Positions 10,943 to 22,730 of a stretch of DNA of 64,000 bases are shown piece after piece (position 1 is the stretch's first letter; each line of letters opens with the position of its first letter). Below the pieces are notes generated by a model. It worked only from the letters and a program-made list of their open reading frames with translations, searched no databases and was not told the DNA's origin. Location: positions 319,734,001 through 319,798,000 of the forward strand of contig JBNRSN020000002.1 in NCBI GenBank assembly GCA_051313645.2, in the 5' to 3' direction. Made by a program: the position numbers and the translations under genes. Source of the DNA: Centroscyllium fabricii (lineage: Eukaryota).

Positions 10943-12780
10943 TATTTTAATGCACTTCTATTAAAATAGCAGCCAGAAGACTGTCATTCGAACACTCACC
11001 TGCAATTTAAACAACTGTAATTTTGAGACTATGGTTGCAATAATCAAATTATACAACTTTTCTAATAAAAATAGAACACACAAAAAATATTATAAAATTA
11101 TATGTCATCTAAGAGATCCTAAGCAAGTAAACTTTCTAATTTTCTATTGGAGCTGAGGAGTCCATGAGATATCATTAAATCCATCTTGACCAGCAGCTGA
11201 TTCCTGGACATGATCCCCTCAGGATGACCTCTTCAAAAGACTATTAAGGATTTTCTTTTAATCTTATGAAATCTAGATGTTAATTAGTTGGGCATCTGGA
11301 CTGGGAGCTGAAGCACATTTAGGACGGAATTTAATCAATAGAGACTGGACTTCAAGCAGCTGATCCTTCTTTGGAGAAAAAGAATAATCATTAACTGCTG
11401 TTTTTCTAGACCATGAGTATCCAACACAATCTGGATTGAAGCTCAGTCTTGTATCTGTGTGACACAAACAGGAGGGTATCGAAGAGGCTCCAGTGCTGCT
11501 GTCTATAAGCCCAATAAAGGTGTGTGTAGGTCTGCTGGAAGCCAGACAATGGCCAGAAGTTTCGGGGTGGTAGCAGGCGTGCTCGGTGGCGGGTCGGGTG
11601 GGAAAGTTGTTATTTTTGACAGCGGGTCGGGAGCCCGCTGTCATCTCACTTCCACGCACCTTTTCCCCAGGTGCGTCTGTCATCGCGGAGCCGACCTGAC
11701 TGGCGGCAGCAGGTGACCCAATTGAGATGATTATCAGGTAGTTTACAGGCAATAAAGAGCCATTTTTTCACTTTCTTTTAAAATTTCCCTGCATGGCCAC
11801 GGGATTCACACAGCTCGAGAACCACGTCTGTCAACCTGAGGCCGGAGGTCTGTGTCCATTGCTCCAGCTGATTACTTGACAGCATCAAATGTACAGTAAA
11901 AAGCTCCCACCTGACAGATGATCACTTTCCTCAGGCAGAAGCTGTTGCTCAGTCCATTTCCAGCACAGATTCTGCAGGCTGCAAGTCTTTCCAGCAAAGT
12001 CTCCATCCAGTGTTACCTCATTGGAAGACCTCTCTCATCATTGACAGAATGCTTCTGTCATCTGAACTTCACCTGCCATCTATTCCATCAACATGGGTGC
12101 CGTTTATACTGTCTCACCTTGGTCCTCAGAATCGGACCACGATGAGCCACACCACCAGCAGTACCAGGCATACCAGCAGCACCAACAACAACACCAACCT
12201 TCTCTGCAATCACTTGATGCTGCAAAGGACAGAGGGCATCAGCACCCGAGCACATTGCCACCTGGGAGGCCAGCGATGGCCTCACCATGGCCACATTAGT
12301 TAACATTACGCTATACACCCATACGGCTGCCACATGATGTGCCAGGTTGGCATTGTAAAGTGTTCAACACATCGAGACAGAGACAGCTTGTATGGGAGCA
12401 GCCATTACTCGAGGCTCACTGTTTATTATCTTTCATTTTCTGTTTACCCTCTGTTGCCCCCTACTGGGCAGAGGGTAACTAGCACCACATCTCCCTTTCT
12501 AAACAGACTTTGAATACAAAGGAATACTATTCCTTTACTGTTAACATTTTCAACTCATTACATTTTACTGTGCTTAAGAAATAACAAACTCTAACAAACA
12601 TAACAACTCTAACAAACATAGCATCTCTAATGCACAATGTATCTCTTGTTCCTTTTTTTAAGAAAAACATGAATAATGCAAGCAGAGTAAGCTTGGAGGG
12701 ACAAGGCAACTGCCTGAACCCTCCACTAAGTACCTCGGGTATTATTCTGACCCAATGAGGTGTCTTGGTTCTTAAGCTAT

Positions 12781-14100
12781 TCATGTTGCAAAGTCCTGGA
12801 GGTATGAAGGAGAATTGCGGACCCTTTCAGGGTATTGTCTGGAACCTGATGGAGGTGGGGTATCCCCTGTGGGTGGGGGAGTTCCAGGACCTGCATCCCC
12901 ATTGTAGTCATCGGGAATGGAAGGCTCATCAGCATCTGGGGTCTGCTGTGTAAGTGCGAGGTGTCTGCGGTTCCTGCAAACAATCTGGCCCTGGATATCA
13001 ACCAGATACGATCTTGGGGTGTTGGCTTGTCCTTCCACAATGCCTCTTTTGCGGGAGTCCTGTATCCACAAATAGTCACCTGGAAGGAGTGGACACAAGG
13101 GCTTGGCTCTGTGGCGACTGTTAAAGTTGACCTGTTGTCTTAATTTAGATTGTTTGTCCTTGTCTGTAAAATTCTGGAGGTCGGGCCAGCCTGGGCATTG
13201 TTGTACTTTACGTTGTAGTTGACCGCTTAATCCAGGCCACCAGACAGAACACCTGGCTCGTGCTCTGCATTTTGCGATGTCTTGATGGCCATCATGCAGT
13301 TTGTCCAGGATGTTTTTCTGCATTGATGCTGGAATGACCAACCGGCAACCTTGTAGCAGCAATCCTTGTGCAATAGTGAGGTCACCTGAAACACCTGTGT
13401 AAGGTCTAAGAGCGTTGTCAAGTTTCGCATGATCTGGCCAGCCCTCACAGCAGCATGTGAAGACCCAATGAAGTAGTTCATCCATTTCCTGTTCTTGACG
13501 AAGTGCAGCCAGGCATTTCTCGGTAATGGGCAGTGCAGTGAGTATTGAGTATACATAATTCTCTATGCACTGCACCTCAGGGGAATCATCCACCGGCAGC
13601 TGGTAGGGAGCTCTGGAGAGGACGTCGGCAGTTGCTCGGCACTTCCCTGGCACATGTGATATAGTGAAGTGAAAGTGCATGAGTCGCATCCAAAAGTGCT
13701 GAATGCGGGGGGACAACTTGTTCAGGGTTTTAGATCCCAATAGTGTAAGGAGGGGCTTGTGATCTGTTTCGACCTGGAATGTCATGCCTATAAGGAAGTC
13801 TCTATAGCGCTCACATGCCCATGTAATGGTCAGGGCCTCTTTTTCAATCTGCACATAGCGCTGCCCTGTTTTTGAAAGGGTTCGTGAAGCATAATCTACA
13901 GGGCGCCAGTCAGTGCCAGGTCTCTTTTGTAAAAGGACTGCACCCAAGCCAAACGATAAAGCATCAGCTGACACTTTAGTGAGTGTATTGGGGTCATACA
14001 GTGCAAGGCCTGGCGGGGTGGTTAGCTCCGTCTTTATCTCAGTGAAAGCTTTGGACTGCTGGGGTCCCCAATACCATGAGGTCTGCCTGTTGAAGAGATC
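12781..14100 (-). pseudogene. Gypsy pol: RNase H and integrase HHCC region (integrase catalytic core absent)
   Basis: SADALSFGLGAVLLQ, YASRTL, IEKEAL, ETDHKPL, ADVLSR, LHDGHQ....C..VWWPG....C..; no DDE core before the GPY/F-like tail. Confidence 0.85.
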
Positions 14101-14101
14101 C

Positions 14102-14520
14102 TCAACGGTACGGTGGCACGGTGGCATAGTGGTTAGCACTGTTGCCTCACAGCACTGGAGACCCGGGTTCAAATCCAGCCTCGAGTACTATCTGTGTGGT
14201 GTTTGCACATTCTCCCTGTGTCTGCGTGGGTTTCCTCCGGGTGCTCTGGTTTCCTCCCACAGTCCAAAGATGTGCGTGTTAGGTTGATTGGCCATGATAA
14301 ATTGACCCTTAGTGTTAGGGGGATTGAATATGTGGGGTTACGGGGATAGGGTGGGATATGTGTCGGTGCAGACTCGATAGGGATCGAGGGATATGGGGAG
14401 AGGGCAGGGGTGGGGTACTGGGTTTGGATGATCAGCCATGATCTCATTGAATGGTGGAGCAGGCTCGAAGGGCCGAATGGCCTACTCCTGCTCCTATCTT
14501 CTATGTTTCTATGTTTCTAT
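14102..14520 (+). mobile_element. tRNA-derived V-SINE with CR1 3' tail (HE1-like), inserted in Gypsy pol
   Basis: A box TGGCATAGTGG, B box GGTTCAAATCC, V-domain TTCTCCC.GTGTCTGCGTGGGTTTCCTCCGGGTGCTC, CR1 tail ending (CTATGTTT)n. Confidence 0.9.
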
Positions 14521-15316
14521 CCCGGAGTGGTTTGGTTTTATCGGCTGGATGGGGTATGTATTTGCCCAAGTGATTGACCAGTCCCATGAAACGGCGTATT
14601 TCAGATACATTCCTTGGTGCGGCCATGTGTGTGAGGGCCTTGACTTTGTCAGGATCTGCTCTGATCCCGGTCCCTTCGATGACCTGGCCGAGGAATTTCA
14701 CCTGTGTTTTGGTGAATTCACATTTGGAGTTAAGAGTAAGTCCAGCTTGCTGTAGTCTACCGAGAATTGCAAACAGTCGCTGATCGTGCTGTTCTTGGGT
14801 TGCGCCAAACACCAACACATCATCCATTTGGCATAAAACACCATCAAGTCCCTCAAGGAGGCGGGACATGCGGTGCTGGAAATGCTCTGGGATGGAGGAT
14901 ATTCCAAAGGGCAGTCTGTGGAAACAGTAACATCCGAATGGCGTGATGAACGTTGTAAGACGTTTTGACTCCTCTGTCAAGGGTATTTGCCAGAAACCAG
15001 ATTGAGCATCAAGCTTTGTAAAAACCTTTGCATCTTTCAGCTGCCCCAGAGTGTGCTCTACGCAGGGTAAGAGATGCAACTCTCTACAGCCACTTTCATT
15101 GAGTTTTGTTAGGTCTACGCAGATTCTGATTTTTCCATTGGGTTTTGGGACTACAACCATTCCGGAGCACCAGGCTGTGGGTTCCTCAACTCTTGCAATT
15201 ATCGCCAGTTGCTCCATGTGGGTGAGTTCCTCCTTAACTTTGGTCATAAGGGGGAGCGAGACACGTCGGGGTGTAAAGAGAGAAAAAGGTTTGGCCTCCG
15301 GCTTGTCGGGGGGCAC
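14519..15316 (-). pseudogene. Gypsy reverse transcriptase
   Basis: VVVPKPNGKIRICVDLTKLN, KLDAQSGFWQ, TFITPFG, LPFG, QMDDVLV, FLGQ. Confidence 0.9.
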
Positions 15317-15329
15317 TTATGGTTTCAAT

Positions 15330-15900
15330 GGACTCCTCCTCCCCATTACTATCTTTCTGAAGCATTGATTGCTGTTTCTTTATTGTTTCATGTTGGAAAA
15401 CCTGTGTTTTTGCTTTGTCAACTGTGCGGTCTGGATCCATCTGTAATTTTCCAGAAAGTTTAAGATCCCTTAGTCCAACAACCAATCTGTCACGAATTAG
15501 TTCATCCCGCATATCTCCATATTCACAGTGTTTGATGAGCTCATATAGCGCTTTGATGAAGCTATCATACGATTCCCCTCTCTCCTGCACGCGCCTATGG
15601 AATCTTACGCGTTCGAATATCAAATTCCTCTGCGGGATGAAATGATTAGACAACTCTGTTTTAACTGTGTCACAGCTTTTCAGTTGATCAGCGATAATAT
15701 TCCTGCACCGGACGATCGCTTCAGCCTCCGCTCCCATGGAATATAATAGCGCAGTGACCTGTTTTTCCTGTGACTGTTTTTCAAGGCCCGAAGCCTGTCT
15801 GAAACGTTCACATCTGCTGAGCAAAACGGCCACTCTTCCGGCCGTGTAAAATCATATTCGGAGGTGGAGAAATCTGAAAGAATGCAGGACTTTGAGTCGC
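15330..15900 (-). pseudogene. Gypsy gag (zinc knuckle and protease deleted)
   Basis: LLYSMG..AE, NLIFERVRFHRRVQE.GES.DSFI..LY.L..CEYG..DELIRDRLVVG; joins directly to RT. Confidence 0.85.
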
Positions 15901-16055
15901 CACGATAGTAAGCTAAGGAATGTGGTATACGTACACTTTTTTTTTCTCTCAGTCTCTCCTGGTTTCTCCATCCTGGCTTAAATAGCTATCGTAAACTTTC
16001 ACTCACCGGGAGCTGAGTGGTTTCACTGGGGAAGTTAGTTCCATTGTGGGTTCAG

Positions 16056-16073
16056 ATCTCAATTCTGACACCA
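16056..16073 (-). other. Primer-binding site, tRNA-Leu-like
   Basis: TGGTGTCAGAATTGAGAT immediately inside the 5' LTR resembles the complement of the tRNA-Leu(CAA/CAG) 3' end (...CUUCUGACACCA). Confidence 0.75.
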
Positions 16074-17309
16074 TGTAAAGTGTTCAACACATCGAGACAG
16101 AGACAGCTTGTATGGGAGCAGCCATTGCTCGAGGCTCACTGTTTATTATCTTTCACTTTCTGTTTACCCTCTGTTGCCCCCTACTAGGTAGAGGGTAACT
16201 ATCACCACAGGCACCACCCCACACCAACACCATTAAGCATCCCTACAATGCCCAAGCCATTCCTTTCATACTCATCACCATTGCTGGGGGGTACCATTAT
16301 GTCTCAACATTCTCTGCAACTCACTAAGCTACTTCCAAAGGTGCACACAAATCTGTCCTAGGAAAGTGTTGAAAATAAAGATTTTTATGTTTGACACCAC
16401 ATTAACAGAAACTTTACACAAACATTGGATGAAACCCAAGTAGCTACTCTTGTGCGTTGTTAGTTGGTATGATCACACTTGGATGAGTGTGAGGGGTGGC
16501 TAGTAAGATGGGGATGTGATAATGTAGATAGCGAGAGAGGGATGGGTAAGGATGTGCAGGAGTAGAGTAGGGAAGGCAGAGTGATGGGGATGTGATGAGA
16601 GGCAGGATGCAGTTGAGTGTGGCTTTGTACTAACGTTTCCTGATCTAATGAGATCATTGCAATGTTTGCGGCACTGCACCCAGGTCCTCCTCACAACATC
16701 GCTGCTGTTTACCTCCTCAGATATGTGGAGCCAGGCTCTTTTGGTTTCCTGGGGAGGTCTCTTCCGCCCATTGGAAGGGAAGAGGACCTCCCTGCGTGCT
16801 CTGACTCCCTCCATAAGCATATGGAGAGAGTTATTGGAGAACCTGGGTGCAGCCCTGTGCCTCTGTGCAGTCATTGTCAGTGTTTGCAGCACTTCAATGC
16901 TGTAGTGCACCGACAGCAATATGTTAGATTAAACTTCAAATGCAATGTGGTGATCCTGGCTAAAAACACGTCATGAATGACGTCACCAAACCCACTCCTT
17001 CTCATTGGGCCGGGTAATGAGCTGAGCGAGCTTAATACTAATGTAAGTTCATTTTCAACCTGCCATAGACATCGCCTGCACCAGACCCACCCAGGTAGGC
17101 AAAATTCTGGCCAATGAAAGAGAGAATGAGAGAGAATGAGAGTGAGAGAAACTAACAAGTGTATTAACCTAAACATTCATCAACTGACATTGTGGCTGGC
17201 TGAAATAATTCAGTGATTTATATACAGATAACCATTTGAATAATCAAAACACTGACTCACATGGAAATAATTTATCACTCAATTCAAAACAATGGCTGGC
17301 TTAGTGAGT

Positions 17310-18143
17310 TGCAGTGAATGGTGAGACATAACATTACCCCCCGCAATGGCGATGAGTGTGAAAGAAATGGTTTAGCCATTGTAGGGATGCTTTATGGTGT
17401 TGGTGTGGGGTGGTGCCAACTTGGCGCATCATGTGGCAGCCATATGGGTGTACAGCGTAAAGTTAACTAAATCTGGCCATGGTGAGGCCATCCCTGGCCT
17501 CCCGGGCAGCAATGTGCTCGGGTGCTGATGGCCTCTGTCCTGTGCAGCATCAGGTGATTGCGGAGAAGGTTGGTGTTGTTGTTCATGCTGCTGGTGTACC
17601 TGGTGCTGCTGGTGTTGTGGCTCATCGTAGTCCGGTTCTGAGGACCAAGGTGAGACAGTATAAACGGCACCCATGTTGATGGAAGCATTCTGTCAGTGGT
17701 GTGAGAATTCTTCCAATGAGGCGCGATTTTGCTGGAAACTCTTGCAGCCTGCAGAATCTGTGCTGGAAATGGACTGAGCAACAGCTTCTGCCTGAGTAAA
17801 GTCATCATCTGTCAGGTGGGAGCTTTTACTGAACATTTCATGCTGTTAAGTAATCAGCTGGAGTAATGGCCATGGAACTCCCGCCTCAGGTTGATAGATG
17901 TGGTTCCCGAGCTGTGTGAATCCCGTGGCCATGCTCTTAAGTGCCTGTAAACTACCCGATAATCATCTCAATTGGGTTGCCTGCCGTTGCCGGTTGGGTC
18001 GGCTCTGTGATGACAGACGCTCCTGGGGGAAAGACGCGTAGGGGCGAGATGACAGCGGGTTCCTGGCCCGCTGTCAAAAATAACAACTTTCCCACCCGAC
18101 CCGCCACCAATTGCACCTGCTACCACCCCGGAACATTCTGGCC
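17310..18143 (-). mobile_element. Second, inverted, truncated copy of the 11551 Harbinger non-autonomous family
   Basis: Reverse complement of 11551-12353 plus 16210-16330, without the Gypsy insert; ends in the TIR AACATTCTGGCC. Confidence 0.9.
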
Positions 18144-18689
18144 ATGGGACTGATTTTCATTTTGGGTGGAGATTGTGTGTGTGATGCAATCACACCACCT
18201 GCTTTATGTCGGCGGGGAGAGGCCCAAGCCAATTTGATGGCCAGGCCTCACCTACATTATATCAGTGAGCTGTGATCTGCGAGCTCTGAACCAACGCTCA
18301 GAGGCAGAACTGACCTGGAAGTTCAGACTTAAGAAAGCGGGAATTGTGGGGTTGAGAATGATGGGTAGTGAGGCCAGCAGCAGTTGGGAAGATTTTTTGG
18401 GGGGCCAAGAGACACTTTCATGGCCACAGAATTTTTGCTGCATTTTCTGAGCATCCTGCAGTGGTCCTTTTATAGACAGCTGGTTAAGTGTTCCCTGTCC
18501 ACAGCATATACTCCACCCTTTGGTATCTGAAAACTTAATTGGAATCCTACAAATTGCATAAGGCTCTGCATTGCTCATTACAAGTAGGCTTCCTCCTGAA
18601 ACAGTTAGGCATTCTGGCTGCAGAGGCTATGAAAATCAGCCACAATAACTTGTTTGCCTTGTTGTGGCTTCATTCTCCTCTGCCAAAAC

Positions 18690-20035
18690 CATCTACTGCT
18701 GCAGGATCATCTTGGAGAGCAAAGATAGCTCATTGGTTCTTTTCTGTCTCTGTAAACTCTCCACCTCCAACAATAGGTGTGAGGAGCTCCTGGATTCTTT
18801 TTGTCACTAAGATTGAAACCATCCGTTCAGCTGCCTCTGCTGCGTTCCCTCTTCCACTTTCCCAAGTCAAACCTCCCACGTGCTCCCCTTTGCCGCAGCT
18901 TGAACCCATGGCTTTCTCTTGCTTCTCTCCTATCTCCCTTCATGCTCTCTCCAAGTTCATCTTGTCCAAGAGACCCACCACCTGCTCCCTTGATGCCACT
19001 CTCACTAAACTGCTAACCACCCAACTTCCTTTCTTGATTACCTTGCTGGCTGACATTGTAAATGGTTTCTTCTCCTCATTTATTGTCCCACTCCCTTTCA
19101 AAACCACAGTCATCACATCCCTCCTCAAAAAAATCACCTCAACTCCTCTGGCCTTGCAAATTACTGCCCATCTCCAAACTTTTTCTCCTCTCCAAAGCCT
19201 TTGAGTATGTTGTTGCCTCCCAAATATCGGCCCATCTTTCCTACAATTCCATGTTTGAATCTCTCCAATCAGGTTTCTGTCCCTGCCACAGCACCAAAAA
19301 GGGCCTAACCGAAGGCACAAATTATATCCTCCATGACCTTGTGTATTATCCTTCCTTGTTCTCCTTGACTTTTCTGCAGCTTTTGAAACAGTCAACATCA
19401 CCAACCTCCTCCAACACCTCTGCGACTTCCTCAGGTCATCTGCCACTGAAACCCTCATTCAAGACTTTGTCACCTTGAGACCTAACTATTCTGATGCTCT
19501 CCTGGCCAGCCTCCCATCCTCCATGCCCTGTAAACATCAGCTCATCCAACATTCTGCTGTCCACACCAGGACCTATCACCAATATTCACATTGACCTCCA
19601 TTGGCTCCCGGTCCTCCAACACCTCCAATTTAAAATTCTCATTCTCGTGTTTAAATCCCTCCTTAGCTCTGTAACCTCTTCCAACTCTACAACCACAGCC
19701 CCCCACCTCAAAAACAAATCTCTGTTACTCTGACCCTGTACTTTTGTGCATTCCCTGCTCCCTTTGTCCCCCACCCGCATTGGCAGCTGTGTCTTCAGCT
19801 GCCTAGGCCCAACACTCTGAAATTCCCTCCCTAAACCCCTCTGCCTCTCCACCTCCCTCTCCTCCATTAAGACCACTCCTTAAAACCCACCTCTTTGGCC
19901 AAGCTTTTAGTCACCACTCCGGACATCTCCTTCTTTGGCTCTGCATCCATTTTTGTCTGATTACACCTCTGTGAAGCACCTTGGGACTTTTATCTACATT
20001 AAAGGTGCTATATAAATGCAAGATGTTGCTGTTGT
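18690..20035 (+). mobile_element. L2 LINE 3' fragment, deleted and degraded
   Basis: KIETIRS, PTTCSLD, FESLQSGF.P.HST, LHWLPV...FKIL; tail GTGCTATATAAATGCAAG..(TGT)n. Confidence 0.8.
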
Positions 20036-21855
20036 CTTTCTCTCCATTCCTTTATGCATCAGTCAATCAGCATCTCATTCTTAGTTTGTCTGCCATTTTG
20101 TTAGCCTCTCGCTCAGTCCAACAAACACTTCACAATAACAGACACAGAACTTTCTCTATCTCTTAGTCAGAGATTGTTCCTTTCCTCTTGAATTGGATAC
20201 AAGAGGTCAGTTCTAGTTGATGGTAGTGGTCAGTGCACTTACACTGACCTCCTCAACCATGAAACAGGCATTCACAAGCTACTTTTGCATTTAACAAAAC
20301 CCCCTTAAAATGAATATTACCTTCACCACTGCCATTCTGAATTTGGGTTTAGTCCCCTGCGGGTTCTGAAACCTCCAGCCTTTCAACCAAAGTATTTACG
20401 ACACTCCAATAAATTTAGGAGAACCAGCAAGATCTTTGATAGTTTGAGAAAAGAAGTGCACGGAAAAAAAGAGAATTATTGTCCACTTCTATGCAGTTCA
20501 GATGATTAGCTTTAATCAGGTAAGCTACTTCTATAGATGGACAGCTGAAAGCTCATAATGAAATTAAAGGCTTAGGTTATGGGGTTAATGATGGGGAAAT
20601 AAATACAAATGCTTCAGGTTAAAACACTCTTTGCATTGTGGCTTAGTTATTCATTAACAGTGAGAGAAGCAAGCTCTGTTTTAGCAGAGGATTGCCATTA
20701 TTCTGTTATGAAGTCAAATCTAAACTAGAATTTACTGAAATGCACATGGTACTTCATTGTAGAAAGTGAGCAGTTTTGATAACTTTATGTATTAAACACA
20801 TTTACTTACTCTGTACCTTTTAAAAATGCAAACCAAGTTCCAATATATTTTAAATGTAATAACTTGTTATTCCATGATTTATGTCATGTAGATAATGTGG
20901 TAATGAGACATGAAAGTGCTGTTGGACTATTGCCACCAATATTCCTAATTAGAATTTGCAACATTGAAAATACTGGAGTTAACGAAAAGAGGCAGATAAA
21001 ATGCTGCCACAATAAACCAAAGGACTCCAGGACCTGAGAAGACTTTCTCTTTCTCTTCGTCAAACTCTGTCATTTTATCAGTCGGTCATTGCCTAGACTT
21101 TCAATTTCCATCTACGTTATTGTGACTAGAGTCTGTAAACATGAATTGCTGGATGTCATATAAAAACCTGGGGCTTGTGCTAAAGACTTCTTCATTATTC
21201 TACACTCTCATATCAGTCATGGTTGCACATGTTCATAGCTTTGAGGGAGGTGCTAAGTTTGATAAGCACAGTCCACCAACTTTCCACAAAATGCTTAGCA
21301 ACTTACAAATTAGAGCTGATAGGAGGTAATTAACAAACTCAGCATCTATCCATAGCAGCAAGTCTGTGCGTGTACTACTAATAGGAGCACTGGCATGAAG
21401 GGTCCTAGACCAAACACCACAGCTGCTGATATACAAATACCACTGCCACCATGCACCATACTCAATGGCCGGAAGTTTGTTTACCTGGGCAGGTTGGGTG
21501 CAGGCGGTCGCTATGGCAGGTTGCGACCCTGTTGTTGATTTCATCCCCCTCCTGAAATCGACTTTATGTTAATGGGGCATATTAAACCCGCCCTTGCACG
21601 TTACCCAGCCCTATTAAATGGTGCGGGTCTGATGACGTCATTGATGACGCGTTTTCAGGATATTTAAAGGAGCCATGGCCACATTGCATTTGGAGGTTCA
21701 GCTAGGAGTGTGCAGGCAGCACGCTGCACTATTGGAGTGTTGCAAACATTTCCAGAGATGACTGCACAGAGACAGAGGGCTGCACCCAGGTTCTCCGATG
21801 ACTTCCTCCATATGCTTATGGAGGGAGTCAGAGCACGCAGGGAGGTCCTCTTCTC

Positions 21856-22187
21856 TGTGTGTTTTCACAGACACAAGGCTTTCGACCCTTTCTGACTGTG
21901 CCCCATTGATCTTAGACTGGTGCCTGATTAATATGTTAAAATATGTTGAAACACCTTTGTTTGCTCTGTGTGTCTCTGCTGAGGTGTGATGTTGGAAGAG
22001 ATTAGATTGCTCTCTCTCCCCTGTGTATATATGTGCTGTCTTCATATTAACTTCTCTTTCACCTGAGGAAGGAGCGGCGCTCCGAAAGCTTGTGATTTCA
22101 AATAAAACTGTTGGACTATAACCTGGTGTTGTGTGACTTCTTGCATTTGTCCACCCCAGTCCAACACCGGCACCTCCACATCATGGC
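21856..22187 (+). mobile_element. Non-autonomous Penelope-like element (copy 2)
   Basis: Nearly identical 3' 130 bp to 10815-10942 and a similar internal region. Confidence 0.75.
22059..22095 (+). ncRNA. Minimal hammerhead ribozyme motif (best-preserved copy)
   Basis: tcac-CTGAGGA-a-ggagc.ggc.gctcc-GAAA-gc-TT-gtga; stem I tcac/gtga, stem II ggagc/gctcc, palindromic AAGCTT. Confidence 0.75.
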
Positions 22188-22474
22188 TCTGAGATAGCAC
22201 CTCAGTCCTCGGCCTTTGTGCCTTAAGACAGGTGTGTAGCGCCTGATTTAGCATTCCAATCACCTCTGGGTGTGATAAAAGCCAAGCTTGCAGTTGGAGG
22301 CGATAATTAGCGGCAGGCGCTAAACTTTGCGCACGGCCAATAATCGCGCCCCAAACGGGACGATACTGAATTTTTACCCCCGGCTCTAAATATCTGAGGA
22401 AATAAACAGCAGGGATGTTGTGAGGAGGACCTGGGTGCAGTGCCGCAAACATTTCAATGATCTCATTAGATCAG

Positions 22475-22705
22475 TGTGGTGATATTTATTGTCATTAAAT
22501 CTCTATGTATATACTGTTGTCACTATGTCACTTCCCCCTGTGTGTATGATGTCACTTCCCCCTGTGTGCACTATGCCACTCCCTCTTGGGTGACTCACTT
22601 ACTGTGGAGCACTCGACCAGTTAACATGTGGCTCTGTTCTCTTAGACAATAAAAGCCTAACCTTGGATCTTAATCTCTAGTCTTGAAGTCATTTAAGGCA
22701 CATCA
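22475..22705 (+). mobile_element. 5' LTR of a Gypsy-type element lacking a tRNA PBS
   Basis: TGTGGTG...GGCACATCA; internal ATGTCACTTCCCCCTGTGTG repeats; AATAAAAGCC at 22648; followed by ATTTTATTGTCTAAGA and gag ATG at 22731. Confidence 0.85.
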
Positions 22706-22730
22706 ATTTTATTGTCTAAGATTGTCCAGG

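Larger units (their letters stand above)
12354..16209 (-). mobile_element. Ty3/Gypsy LTR retrotransposon, internally deleted
   Basis: 136-bp LTRs 12354-12489 and 16074-16209 (TG..CA, 5 differences); TSD GGCAT/GGCAC; PBS TGGTGTCAGAA; PPT 12490-12500; gag, RT, RNase H and integrase zinc-finger remnants. Confidence 0.95.
11551..17112. mobile_element. Non-autonomous Harbinger element carrying a nested Gypsy insertion
   Basis: TIRs GGCCAGAAGTTT / AAAATTCTGGCC with TSD AAT on both sides (11548-50, 17113-15). Retains a Q/H-rich transposase N-terminal remnant (12093-12299) and a MADF exon remnant (16630-16875, minus). Confidence 0.85.

Noticed and set aside
14112-14180. tRNA gene (also 57531-57590)
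   Set aside because: The A/B-box head continues into a V-domain and CR1 tail; these are SINEs.
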